64,000 nt of DNA from Eledone cirrhosa (lineage: Eukaryota): assembly GCA_964016885.1 (NCBI GenBank), contig OZ024753.1, positions 22,692,001 to 22,756,000 on the forward strand. The letters are read 5' to 3'. Made by a program: the position numbers and the translations under genes. Below the pieces are notes generated by a model, which was given only the letters and a program-made list of their open reading frames with translations, did no database searches and was not told the origin of the DNA. The number at the start of each line of letters is the position of its first letter. The stretch's first letter is position 1. Below are positions 12,233 through 25,258 of this stretch, in pieces.

Positions 12233-13051
12233 AACGGAAAAAATGAAACGAAATTTCATTTCCCACTCTTAGTACGGCTGTTACTTAAACATAAGTATGT
12301 ACACGTACATACATATATGTATACAGACGTACAGTAGTATGTATATACATATACATACATGCACACATATATATATATATATGTACGTATTGATTCACCG
12401 AACATTTATTATAATGCTCAGTGTGTTTGTAAACAAACATCCCGTATTAAGCCTTAGTGTCTACGGCTTAATACGGGATGTTTTGTTTACAAACACACTG
12501 AGCATTATAATAAATATTCGGTGGATCCATACGTACATATATATATATGTGCATGTATGTATATATATATATATATATATATACATACTAGTGTACGTCT
12601 GTAAACATATATGTATGTACGTGTACATACTTATGTTTAAGTAACAGCCGTACTAAGAGTGGGAAATGAAATTTCGTTTCATTTTTTCCGTTTATCATTT
12701 TCGGTGCACCCGGCCGATTAACCCACTCGATATGCACATTGGGCTACTTAGCCGTTAATATGCATAAGGTAAGTATATTCGTTCAACAATCTGGCAGGAA
12801 GGTATACGTTGCTGACGATAGATAATAAGCTGGAAACTAGTACAGCGTTCCTTTGTCAGTGTTGAACAAACGAGCAACGATGGTTGCTAGACACTACGGC
12901 TTAATACGGGATGTTTGTTTACAAACACACTGAGCATTATAATAAATGGTCGGTGAATCCATACGTACATATATATATGTGTGCATGTATGTATATATAT
13001 ATACATACTACTGTACGTCTGTATACAGATATGTATGTACGTGTACATACT

Positions 13052-13055
<4 letters not shown>
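12231..13055. mobile_element. Dispersed, inverted copy of the 466-bp HHR (retrozyme-like) family
   Basis: 12231-12460 homologous to the 48-kb unit; 12462-13055 is the inverted partial tandem; HHR at 12806-12848 (+): acgttg-CTGACGA-..-GAAA-ctag-TA-cagcgt. Confidence 0.85.
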
Positions 13056-13103
<48 letters not shown>

Positions 13104-13104
13104 G

Positions 13105-14007
13105 ATAAATCTACCAAGAGTTTACGGTAGTGTCCAATCCGTATGAAGAACTCAATGTAATCCGGATATCATGGAAAGAAGAGATGCAATGAAAAATCAC
13201 TTTCGGTGAAAGATAAACGGAATACAGAGTCAAGATAAAATATTTAAAAAATAATGAATAAAACAATGAAACAGTTCCTTATATTAAACAAAAAAAGTTC
13301 ATTATTTAACGATCGTTTCTAGGATATATATGTGTTAGAATTGGCATGCATATTCAACAGATCTATGTACAAAATTATACAAAATTATACAAACTATCAA
13401 AATTAAATATACATACCAAACACATATATATGCCGTCTTCAGAAATAATGAAATATATTTATTGATAATAACAACAATTCAAAATTTCAGGTCTGTTTGG
13501 GAACAGAATTCAAATTGACCAATGAAAATACAAAAAAGTTTATGCAGTTAGGTGTGTGTATATACATGTAATTAACTTCGTTCACAGATATGCATAAAGA
13601 TATGTGTTCACATGCATACGCATGCCAATGCTTATGCATGTGAACACATATCTTTATGCATATCTGTGAACGAAGTTAATTACATGTATATACACACACC
13701 TAACTGCATAAAATTTTTTGTATTTTCATTGGTCAATTTGAATTCTGTTCCCAAACAGACCTGAAATTTTGAATTGTTGTTACTATCAATAAATATATTT
13801 CATTATTTCTGAAGACGGCATATATATGTGTTTGGTATGTATATTTAATTTTGATAGTTTGTATAATTTTGTATAATTTTGTACATAGATCTGTTGAATA
13901 TGCATGCCAATTCTAACACATATATATCCTAGAAACGATCGTTAAATAATGAACTTTTTTTGTTTAATATAAGGAACTGTTTCATTGTTTTATTCATTAT
14001 TTTTTTA

Positions 14008-14016
<9 letters not shown>
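13105..14016. mobile_element. Near-perfect ~385-bp-arm palindrome (pLTR fold-back) with one HHR per arm
   Basis: 13235-13620 mirrors 13631-14016 around ~13625; (TA)n on both sides. Confidence 0.88.
13801..13951 (+). ncRNA. Type I HHR with ~115-nt extended stem II (mirror copy 13300-13450 on minus)
   Basis: cattattt-CTGAAGA-[..atatatatgtgtt...aacacatatatat..]-GAAA-cgatcg-TT-aaataatg: 8-bp stem I, palindromic stem III. Confidence 0.8.
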
Positions 14017-14062
<46 letters not shown>

Positions 14063-14087
14063 AGATAAGCAGAACAAGTAAAATTCA

Positions 14088-14118
<31 letters not shown>

Positions 14119-14246
14119 AAAGTTCTATTTAAAATTGTTGGGATACAACAAGTAAATATTTTTATAACTGATAGAAAGCACTCGACAAGTATTTGGAGTA
14201 GATATACGATATTAATAAATGGAAACTATATTTATAAAACCATATT

Positions 14247-14311
14247 TATTTCATTATACATATTTCAGGGATACCAAATTAAATTATGGTATGCCTTCAT
14301 CAGACAAAATA
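14247..14311 (-). ncRNA. Type I HHR, family shared with 19032, 23238, 59960 and 62842
   Basis: minus strand tattttgt-CTGATGA-aggc atacca..tggtat ccct-GAAA-tatgta-TA-atgaaata. Confidence 0.72.
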
Positions 14312-14421
14312 CAATATATAACAGTTTTACAAATAAGCTTTGACGTACCCTATTAAAATGCAACCATTGTTTTGGAAGTCATCCGGATAGTGATTTGTTT
14401 ATATTACTTTAATAAGTAATA

Positions 14422-16564
14422 GTGTTAAGGACAATTAGAAAAAGACGGAGAAGAATCAGGTGGCGTGCTTTCCACTTTGATAAATCTAATCCAAATGAAA
14501 ATGTTTCAAATCTGGATAAAATTTTCAAATCTAAAAAAAATCCACCTCCCAACAAACTACTAATAGATTTTGAAAAAGATATCGTATCTATCATCCAAGG
14601 CATCAAATTCAAAAAAAAATTCAAAGACCAGGACTATTAAGGATAATATTGAAAACTTGGAGAAAACAGAGAAAATTCTAGTGAAGTCGGACAAAACTAA
14701 TAATCTTTATGGAATACAAAAGGACATGTATAACGACCTTATATTGAAAGAACTAAGGAAAAAGTACAAGGCAGCAAATAAGGACGAACTTGAAAAACTG
14801 ATTACAGATGCATCTTGTATAATGCATGAATTAGACATTGAGAATAAAACACAACCCTTCATGCCTAGGAAACCTAAGATCAATATGAAGGATCACAAAA
14901 GAAACTTTGAAAATGATTTGCCAGTCAGATTAATTGCACCATCTAAATCTGACCTGGAAAAACTTAGCAAAAATATTCTAGACAGGGTAATACAACAAAT
15001 TAAAAACTTACCTAATTTATCTTACTTAAAATTATGGAAAGGGACTAGTGATGTTATTGTTTGGTTTAAAGAAATTAAATATAACTATAATAATAAGTTT
15101 ATTCAGCTAGATATTGCTAACTACTATTCATCTATCACTCCTAATCTACTGAATAAGGCACTAAATTACGCATTTAAACATACTGACCTAACTAGCAATG
15201 AAATGCACATTATATTATCGGCAAGGAAAACATTGATAGAATTTAATAACCAACTCTGGACTAGGGCAGATAGAAATAATAATTTCGACATAACTATGGG
15301 ATCATCACACTCACCTCAGGTAACGGACCTTGTGGGCCTATTTATAATTAATTCGCTACATAGAAAAATACCAGGTGTAACTGGAGGCTTATATCGTGAT
15401 GACATGCTTTTACTTATACAAAATAATAGCTGTGAACTAAATAGGAAAAGAAAACAAATTATACATTTTTTTAATTACCATAATCTAAAAGTAGAAATGG
15501 AGAATAACCATAAAATAGTCAATTTTCTTGACGTAACACTAAATCTCAACACATGTCTTCATTATCCATTTCACAAACTAAATGAGAACTTGAATTATGT
15601 TAATTTTAAATCTAATCACCCCAGATCTGTTAAAAATACTTTAGTGTTCAAGAAAGAATTTCAAGAATTTCATCTAATAAAAATATATTTGATGAAAAAG
15701 CGCAGTATTACAACGAAGCGTTAGGTAGAGCTGGATATAGAAATGAAATTAAAAACATTGATAATAATAATAATAATAATAATAAGCAAACTAACCAAAA
15801 TAATAACAATTTTAATTATGGTAACAACTTTAGCAACTATAATAGAAAACATTACAATAATTCCAAAAGTCGAAAAAGAAATAGTACTATATTATGGTTT
15901 GCTCCCCCTTTCTCACTAAATATTAAAACCCCTATTGCTAAACTATTCTTTAAAGCTCTTGACAAACGTTTCCCTAGAACACATAAATATTACTCAATTT
16001 TTAATAGACACACTATAAAATTAACTTACTCGTCCACCAAAAATTTAGCACAAAATATTAATAGAATTAATAATAGAAATTTAAAACCTAACCAAAATAC
16101 CAATAATAACCCAAGCAATATTCAATTGAATAACTGTAACTGTAGAAATAAATCTAACTGTCCGTTAAATAACAACTGCTTAGCTAAACATGTAGTGTAC
16201 AATTCTAATTTTAAAACTAATTTAAATTCGTTTAACTATGTTGGTTCTATCTCGACTGAATTTAAATTTCGCTTCAATAATCATAAAAAATTCTTTCACA
16301 GATCCAAACAAAAAATCTTCAACTTCGCTATCTAGCCTACTATGGGACCTAAAACGAGATAATGTTAAATATTCGATGACTTGGAATATTATTTCAAAAG
16401 CTACTCCTTTTAATTCCTCTTCAGAAAATTGTGATCTTTGTATTGAGGAAATATTCTTTATATTAAAGTCCAAAAATTCCCTTAATTTAAGGAACAATTT
16501 ATTCAGTTGCTGCAGACATAGATTGAACTCAACGTTTAAATATAAATATAAATTTAAAATGTAG
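14422..16564 (+). pseudogene. PLE RT-GIY-YIG polyprotein, frameshifted
   Basis: ORF pieces 14422-14640, 14570-15724, 16126-16335, 16238-16564. Confidence 0.88.
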
Positions 16565-17635
16565 TATAATTAATTAAGTAATTTAGTTAATATATAAAAC
16601 CTGTTGATAAATTATTAGATTCCTTCACCTTTCTCTTTTTAAACTTTCTTCATAAATATAAACATAGATATAATAAACTACTTTAAAATGTCTATACTTA
16701 CAATATCTTAAATAAAATATACGTAGGATAAATTTCGATACTAAATATAAGGATATCTGTAGAATCCTTGGTTTTTTAAATCTTTTAAATTTTTGAATTT
16801 TAAATATTTTAAAATTCTTTTTGAAATTTTTTGAAATTTTTAGATCTTTAAATTTTTAAATTTTTAAATTATATTGATATAATATTTATTTAACTTTTAT
16901 TTTATTTTATTTTATTTTAATTTATTTTTATTAGTTTTGCTTTGATTCTGATAGCTTCTCATAATTCTCATAAGTCTACCCTTTCAATATCTTGATTGAA
17001 ATATAAGTAGGATAATTTTCTATACTAAATATATGAAACATATTATTTTAACTTATGATACTCTATAGTGTTTTAAAGTTATTTAATGCTTTGACATTTC
17101 TAGAATTCGTTTGTCCTTTTGACTATATTGATATAGTTGTATTTCCAAAATATAATCCTTTGGTATTTTAAATTTATATTGGTATAATTATATTTCCAAA
17201 GTATAATCCTTAGTAATATATTGATATTTGATTATCTCTATACAAAAGTATATGTGTGTATTAACATGCATATAAAAGTGTTATAGGTTTTTTATGATTG
17301 TATATATGTCTGTATGTATACATGAGCGATGCATGATGACGCACGCAGATATTTATTTATACATATATAGGTGTATATGTATATATGTGTGTGTATGTAT
17401 ATGTGTGGGTAAAAGTTATGTTGCATAACCACGCAGTTTGGATTGCAGAAATGTTAAATGCATGAATGGTAATCATATATATGAAGTCATGAATGTTAAT
17501 CGTATATATTTATGTGTATATATACTGTGAACTTTTTATAACACAAGGAATGTATAGCAGTGATTAAGAGAAATCGTCTGCGCTTTATATGTCTATATTG
17601 TTGACTTGAGTAAATATAATTTCTATTTTCAGGAC

Positions 17636-17670
<35 letters not shown>

Positions 17671-17777
17671 TATATGTTTATATATGTATATATATATATG
17701 CATATATGTTTATATATATATGCATATATGTTCATATATATATGCATATATGTTTATATATATATATGCATATATAT

Positions 17778-17858
<81 letters not shown>

Positions 17859-17882
17859 TATATAGGTTTATATCGAATAATA

Positions 17883-18102
17883 ATAATGTTTTTTTATATT
17901 AGCCCAAGGCCAGAAATTTGGGAGAGGGGGAAGTTGATTAAATCGACCCCGGTGCATGACTGGTACTTTATTTTATCGACTCCGTAAGGATGAAAGGCAA
18001 AGTTAACTTCGGCGGGATTTGAACTCAGATCATAAAGAGCCGTAACTCTATGTTGCAAAGCATGGCGTTCGACCCTCTACCGATACTGACAATCTACCGC
18101 CC
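17883..18102 (-). mobile_element. tRNA-derived SINE with conserved central domain (Meta/Nin-type) and 14-bp TSD
   Basis: B box gagttcaaatcc, domain actttgcctttcatccttacggagtcgataaaataaagtaccag; TATATCGAATAATA at 17869 and 18103. Confidence 0.8.
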
Positions 18103-18584
18103 TATATCGAATAATATTAATAATATTCGCTTCGTTTGCAAATAAATGATCTTACTGAGCTATACTGTGTTTTGACGGCTATCGCCATCCGTTTGTTCAA
18201 CACTAGCATCGAGGAATAATCAACATGTTTCCGCGACTTTATACATCTCTGCCTTTCCATTGAACGAATCGAATATAATTATTATTATTCGATATATGAA
18301 ATAGTTATATTTATGTATTCTGTCATGCTAAAGCGAGAAATCAAATTTTAATTTTCTTTTAAATTTATGGCGAGGCCAGCCGTAATATCGCTTTTTATGC
18401 AAATGAGTTTAATCAGCCAATGTATACTTTAGATAATATGATATATTTTCAAAAGTTCAATCGAGTAGCAGAGAGATATATAGTCCTGATGAAGGGTAAT
18501 GACCCAGAAACATATTTCATTGTTCCCCGATAACACTGTTGAACAAACAGACGGCGATAGTAAGTCATTTTGCTTGCAAACGAA

Positions 18585-18700
18585 TCGAATCCCGCCGAGG
18601 TTGACTTTGCCTTTCATCCTTACGGGGTCGATAAAATAAAGTACCAGTAATGCACTGGGTAATTGCTGGCCTTATGCCTAACGTAGAAACAATTATTATT
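18585..18700 (+). mobile_element. 5'-truncated fragment of the same SINE family
   Basis: gaatcccgccgaggttgactttgcctttcatccttacggggtcgataaaataaagtaccag. Confidence 0.75.
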
Positions 18701-18776
18701 AATATTCGATATAACCCATACTTACATTTATGTAATCAGCTATGCTAGAGCGAGAAATCAAATTCTAATTTTTGTT

Positions 18777-18811
<35 letters not shown>

Positions 18812-18918
18812 AATGAGTTATTTGGTTTGTTGATTATTCAACAAAGTTAATTTTACAACAGATAAGAAGCACTCAACAGTTTTTATCCGGAATATCATTA
18901 ATATCAATTATATATAGA

Positions 18919-18970
<52 letters not shown>

Positions 18971-18972
<2 letters not shown>

Positions 18973-19139
18973 CTGCCAAGACTGGAATTGAACCATCAGC
19001 ACAGTTGAGGTATGTCATACATCAATTTATGTATTTTATCTGATGGGGACGTACTGGAAAAACAGCACAGTACCTCCGGAATATATATAATACAACATAT
19101 ATTTTGATTATGTGAATGTATCCATTTATTGATATTTTG

Positions 19140-19145
<6 letters not shown>
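18971..19145 (+). mobile_element. Solo pLTR fragment with degenerate HHR (CTGATGG / GGAA)
   Basis: homologous to 62780-62950; bounded by (TA)n on both sides. Confidence 0.7.
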
Positions 19146-19178
<33 letters not shown>

Positions 19179-19449
19179 AATTTTAGTACAGCATTATCGA
19201 AGCTTTTGGCTGCGGCTAAGCTAACGAATGCAGATTCGGAATGCAGCTTAGCACTCGATGGAGAATAATACCCCAGAGTTATAACAATACGTTTAGACAG
19301 CTTTGCAATTCAAATATAGCGACCGACAGTCCAGCAGCATTGCCATAGCAACGAAAAAAACTGAACTCTGGAAAAGATTTTGACTATATATATCTATATA
19401 TCTATAGCTATAGAAAGATTTGAATGGATACAGTTTAGTTGAAAGGAAT

Positions 19450-19570
19450 TTATTGACACGTGTTTCTATAACAGTTACATAACCTGAAAACAGCTGCTAT
19501 CTACAAAGTATTAGTTATGCAGACATTCAATATTTCAATGTTATTATTTATTGTCATTTCATCAGAATAA
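19450..19570 (-). ncRNA. Type I HHR with ~90-nt stem II
   Basis: minus strand ttatt-CTGATGA-a-atgaca...tgcataac...gttatgta..tgttat-a-GAAA-cacgtg-TC-aataa. Confidence 0.7.
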
Positions 19571-20159
19571 TATTACTGAGGACCTGTTTCGTTTTTATAG
19601 AGAATATTAGGAGGGAGGGGTGAAGTTGTTGAGGGAGTGGTTTTTTGATAGCAGTGAGAATTTTTGGTGGCAGTGAGTAATTAGATTCCCATCTGTTGTT
19701 TTGACATTTTTATAGAATATATTATTGGTTATTTTTCTAAATCTATAGAAGGATTAGAGATAGTAAAGATATGCGTGGTTGGTTTTGTGTTTGCACTTAA
19801 TTAACATTCAGACTTAAATTTTTCTTTCAAGTGTACGTATCCTTTCACCCACGCATTCACACACAAACATATTTGCACACCTCTACAAAATACATATACT
19901 CACATTCACATAGTAACATGTTCATACTTACATACATATACACATGCATACATATATATACACACATGTATTCATGTACATACATACGCGTTCATGTGTA
20001 TACATTTTTATACTCAACTTATCTTTATATACACACGTATAGACACACACATATATACACACGTATAGACACACACATATATACATACATACTCTAGTCT
20101 ATGTGTATATATATCTATATATATATGTGTATATATATCTATATATATATATATATATA

Positions 20160-21255
20160 CATTTCTTTGGCTCTGGTGTTTTATTGAGTAAGAATGCCTA
20201 TATAATCGAGATTTAAACGATGTTGCCGTTGATCCCACGTAATACCACTCGTTGCCTCCGGATTTAATGGTACACTTATAAATAATATTTTTTTCCAGGC
20301 AGTTATTGCTGAGGGGGCAGTTGTCAGGATAGGTGCAGTTACAGTTGTGTACGGTGGGTTTTCTCTGGAGTAGTATTGCTGACGAACTTAGGTGTGGTTT
20401 ATTTATGTTCTGTAGTGTATTGTCTACTGTTTTTTTTTGTGTTCTTTGTACTTAAGTTTTTAGTGTCTTCGTTTAACCTTCTAGTATTGATCTTTTTTAT
20501 GTGTTGTTCAAGGTTTAACGCTGTAGAGTATGACAGTCTTATAGTGGTAGGGTTTAGGATTTTGTGGTATTTGTGTGATGTAGGAAAATGTCTCTTAATT
20601 ATTTTAAAGAAGAGTACTGGTAAATTTGTACTAATGGAACTATTGTATTCGGGGTTATACCATAAGTACTCTTTGCATCGCTTTCTATTAGTTTTTTTTT
20701 GTTGGTTTACTGGTGTGCATACTATGTTAGTAAGTGTGGTTTGGTGTTGTGTTATTATATCTACCTATGTGGGATTTATTTTGGGTGTTTTGATTGTTCC
20801 CATCTATATACTCTATTTTGTTGAGGTAGCCTGCTTTACTAAGGGCGTTATTGTAGTACTCGGCGTGTTCCTTAAATACTTGTATGTTAGAATATAGACC
20901 CGAGATTCTAAGGGAAATATTTTTAGGGATAGATTTAATTATAGAGATGGGGTGGTTAGACCCAACATTTACGTATTTGAGATTTTCATTCAATTTATGA
21001 AACGGTTTAATCAGACCAGAGTTTAAATTGAGTGTGACATCCAGGAAGTTAACTACTTTAAGGTTGTATTCATATGTTATAGTTAGTCCTATTTCGAGTA
21101 GTAGTTTTCTTATATCTTTGCGTAGTTTTTCTAGTTTTTGGTTATTTAGATTTTTAACTAGGAGGAGAACATCGTCGCGGTATATTCCGCCGTGGAAATT
21201 GCTGAATTTTCCCTGGAGTCTAAAGGCGATAAATAACCCCACAATATCAGTTATA
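20160..21255 (-). pseudogene. Naiad-like PLE fragment (RT C-terminus to mid GIY-YIG)
   Basis: GGIYRDDVLL, FLDVTLNL, SNHP; downstream NCNCTYPDNCPLSNNCLEKNIIYKC..YYVGSTATSFKSR. Confidence 0.85.
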
Positions 21256-21291
21256 TTATAGCTATATATATATCTATCTATATATATATTT

Positions 21292-23158
21292 ATCCAGGGG
21301 CTGGATCGATGCCATGCACAGCAGCCGCATCTGCTCTAGGGTCAAGGTGAACGGCTACCTTTCGGAACCGTTCGAAATCGCGCGGTCCATCCGACAGGGG
21401 TGCCCTCTCTCCTCCCTTCTGTATGTAGTGACTCTAGAGCCACTGCTGCAGAAGTTGGAGTTGTTGCAGGGCATCCCGTTGGAACCGGGATTGCGGAAAG
21501 CGGTGTCAGCCTACGCCGATGACGTAACAGTAATGGTGTCGACGGCCTCGGAAATCGGGGCGATCGGCACCTTACTGGAGGAGTACGAAAGGTTTACAGG
21601 GGCTAAGCTGAACCGGGACAAGTCGATCGGTCTGCAACTCGGCACGTGGAGGGGCAGATCGATGCCCTCCGATGGCGTCGTCGGGCGCTGGACGGAAGGC
21701 CCGGTGAAGTTGCTCGGGGTCTGGTTCGGACCAGACCTCCAGGTGGAGAAGAACTGGGGTGAGGTGACGAGCAGGGTGTTTGCACTGACCCAGAAGTGGG
21801 CCGAGTGCAAACTGTCCCCGAAAGGTCGGGCGGAGGTGGCGAACACTTATATAGCGTCCGTCATCTACTACCGCCTGACCGTGGTGCCTTGCCCAAGGGA
21901 AACGCTCGCCAAAATGGAGCGCGCACTCTTCCAATTCCTTTGGAAGAAGCGGGCTCCTATGGTGAGGAGAGCCATCTGCTGTCAACACCCTTCGAAAGGA
22001 GGGCTGGGGATCCCGTGGCTGATGATACGTAAACACGCATTAAGGCTACGGCACCTTCAGGTATTCCTCTCCGGTCAACCGGTGTGGGCCCCGTTTGTGA
22101 GGCGAGCCTTTCCCAGACTCGTCTCACTCACCGAGCTGCAATCCTGGGTCAAGCAAAGACCGAGAAAACTGGGCGTCTGGCACACCGAGTGTGCCCAGGC
22201 GCTCACGGCTCTCTGGCAGGCGGACCCGGCTGTCAGTGGAGAATCCACCTCGTCATTCTATAGAGGGCTGGTGGTTAGCAGGTGCAACGACGCCCTCGGA
22301 GAAGCCCTAGGCATGGAGGAAGACGAACTGGCCAACCTGTTCGGTAGGACATTCAGCCCGGGACCCATGGATAACTTCCAGAGGTCCCTGGCCTGGCAAT
22401 GCTACAGAAGGGCTCTGCCCGTTCGAGAAAGGCTCTACAGACACGGGCACCCGGGTAGGGACCCATCGAAAAAGGTCTGTCCCAGATGCGTGTGTGACGA
22501 GGAAACCGTTGCACACGCATTGGTACACTGCTCGGGCATTGCCGATCTGTGGGGCTATGTCGAACAACTGCTGTCAAGGGTGGGACCGATCCGGTTGACC
22601 ACCGAGTCTATTGTAACGATCAAGCCGCCTCCCCTCTTCACAAACGAAGGAGAGGCGGTGTTTCTGTGCGTAATAGCCATGGCGAAAGAGGTTGTATGGT
22701 GGACGCGTCTGAAATGACTGAGGTCAGACACCTTTCTCTCTGGCCAACAACTGGTCCATTTCTTCCGATATCATTTCGGAAGAAGGATCAGGATGGAGAG
22801 AGAGGTGCTGCACCCCAGCCGTTTCTATGAAAGATGGGTGAAAGTGGCGAGAATGGCCCGTGTGAATGGGCCTTCACTCTACATCAGACTATAGGTGAGG
22901 AAGATGAAAGACCAAGGGAGCACCCCTTCTCTGTGCTCCTGAGGAGAAGGGTTGCACACTTTTTTCGGGGGTGTGTGTGACCCCCCAAGGCGCCTCCTCT
23001 CTATTGAGGACTTTGTTATAAATTTTATTTTTTTGTTATATTTTATTTTATTTTTACATATTGTTATTGCCTCCTCCTTATTGAGGACGCCTTGTTTTGT
23101 AAACTCCCCCCATTGTACTTGTCCCACTTTTGATGCCCTGGTGGCAAATAAAAGAAAC
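21292..23158 (+). mobile_element. Tx1-like LINE, third 5'-truncated copy
   Basis: ORF 21314-22717 near-identical to 4617-6242 and keeps AYADD; premature TGA; same 3' UTR; TA-rich flanks. Confidence 0.93.
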
Positions 23159-23174
23159 ATATCTATATATATAT

Positions 23175-23700
23175 ATATATTCAATGATATATTCAATGAT
23201 ATTAAATAAATGGAAACTATATTTATAAAACCATATTTATTCTATTATATATATTTCAAGGGTACCAAAACTTTGGTACGCTTTCATCAGATAAAATACA
23301 AAGTTTGTTTTATAAATTTTGACATAACCAAGAAAAATACCTTAACGGTTCAAGTTTTCCTTGGATAGTGAAAGGATAAGAGAAGAAAATTCAGATATTT
23401 CAAATTATTAAGATGAGTATGCAAATGAGGTTGAGGTACAGGGCTGAAAAAAAAACGTTAATTTAGACGCTATGGAGATTTTATATAATTAGGATACGTG
23501 TATGTATGCGTAGGAAAGAAGAAAAAGGAAGAAGAGATTGTATTTACGTTAATTTGGAGGAATGGTGGAATATGATTCCAGAATTAAAATTTTATTTATC
23601 TATATTATGAGTTATAATATTGTATATATAATCAATTAGATTATATGAAGTATTATGGTTGTAAGTATTTTTATCTTATTACATTACAATAGGTTATATG
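23175..23700 (-). mobile_element. pLTR fragment with HHR (23238-23298)
   Basis: minus strand tattttat-CTGATGA-aagc gtaccaaa gt tttggtac cctt-GAAA-tatata-TA-atagaata; flank homologous to 14200-14400. Confidence 0.75.
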
Positions 23701-24494
23701 TATATAAATATCTATATAGATTAATAATTGTGCAGACCTCGCCAAAATTCCACGTTCAGAAGTATTTTTAATTTATAATGTCAGACTCAAATGATTTTGT
23801 AACGAATACATTGGTATAATACTCACAGCTTTTAGTCGTCTGATATTCCCTATTTTGAGACATTCGGCATTCTTGAACCGGGGAGCTCATCCATACTCAC
23901 TGCTATCTGAGAAGAGTTCGCTACCCGAAAGTGCGAGTCCTTGCCATGTGAAGTGGCATCTTCTTCTCCATCCCCCGTGGCATTGTCTTCTCAATACTGT
24001 TCACCAGGACCACGAGGCGGAATGACCTTTAAGTTTCATTTATTATGGAGGCGGCATGTGGAATAAATTTACTTTCATTTGATAATGATGTAAAATATTG
24101 CTTTAGAAACAGAAAAAGACATAAAATATGGAGAACAAAGAGAAAATAAAATAAAACAGCATTGATTAAACGAAGTGAGAAACGTCGGGTTATCCTCTAT
24201 ATTGCTCTGGTCATGAATCTACATGGCGTTCTCTAAGAGCTTCAAAACAATAACAAGCTTACTTATTTCATTGATTTCAAATACTTTCTCGTCAACCTAC
24301 ATTTACAAATGTGAACTCCTTATCACCATCGATTTATTTTTATGGATCTAAACATAATTATTCGTTTTTTGTTTTCTTTTAAGTAAAATTTAAGATATGT
24401 TCTATATTAGTTGTATTGTATTCTTTGTTATTACATTTGTAAAAACAGAAACCATGTTGAATCGATTAATTCTAAATTCAGTGCATAACATCCA

Positions 24495-24685
24495 CTGTTA
24501 GACACACGCCATGGAAATAAAGTACATTTTAGTAGAGACATCATTTGTTAAACATAGATAGTGGAATTAAAGTTCATCTTAGTAGACATCATTTGTTAAA
24601 TAGACGCGATGGAAATAAAGTACATCTTAGTAGAGATATCATTTGTTAGACACACATAGTGGAAATAAAGTACATCTTAGTAGAG
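24495..24685. repeat. About 4 copies of a 46-50-bp tandem repeat
   Basis: recurring tggaaataaagtacatcttagtagagacatcatttgtta. Confidence 0.85.
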
Positions 24686-24940
24686 GTGGTAAGAAACTCT
24701 TTTTTGCCATTAACATCAAATGAGCCTGTCAAGTGAAGAAAAGGCTTCAATAGAAGATGGCGACAAGACGTCACTGTTTAATGACAAGATGTCATTGGTT
24801 ACCTAGAAGACATGAGTTGCGCGCAAAGGAAAGTGTTCGACAGGTAAGAAAGATATATGTTCTAAAAGTTGCCATGGTAGTAGAATGTATTTTTCTATAT
24901 AATTTACGTGAAAGCAAAATCCGTCGCTTAGCTTACTACT

Positions 24941-25133
24941 TATGACGATCGGCTGAAAAGTTCATAAACTGACTAAGATACTCTCATGGAACGATCTCAT
25001 GAGGTATATTTTTCAAAATAGACCCTTGAAAGAAAATATCATGTTAATAATAATAAGAGATTAAATGAAGATTTGACAGCTCTAGCATCACTCCTTTATA
25101 GCCAGCCTGTGAACGTTTCAGATGACCCTCATA
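24941..25133. mobile_element. Tc1/mariner-type MITE (old)
   Basis: TIRs TAtgacgatcggctgaaaagttcata ... tgtgaacgtttcagatgaccctcaTA, TA at both ends. Confidence 0.7.
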
Positions 25134-25258
25134 CCTTATTTGTTTTATTCAAGTTGATTTTCTGCTTCCCTAAAGTTAGATGGTTGGGGTGTAACAGGAT
25201 TGAAATAGGGAATTGATATGTCACTATGGAGACCCTACAACTCCATCAGGAGTTACGG

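Larger units (their letters stand above)
14115..17637 (+). mobile_element. Naiad-like PLE, near full-length ORF with frameshifts, inverted HHR-pLTR at the 5' side, long AT-rich 3' region
   Basis: RIRWRAFHF, VKSDKTNNLY, KDHK..F, FIQLDIANYYSSI, GLYRDDML, SNHP, WFAPPFS, CNCRNKSNCPLNNNC, YVGS, CDLCIEE. Confidence 0.88.

Noticed and set aside
18481-18520. HHR (CTGATGA-agggt aatg accca-GAAA)
   Set aside because: Core and stem II are present but I could not close stem I; at best a decayed remnant
8981-21255. Selenocysteine-recoding Naiad PLEs (in-frame UGA at Zn-finger Cys)
   Set aside because: Checked the CxCx5C and CxxC positions in the copies here; all use TGT/TGC
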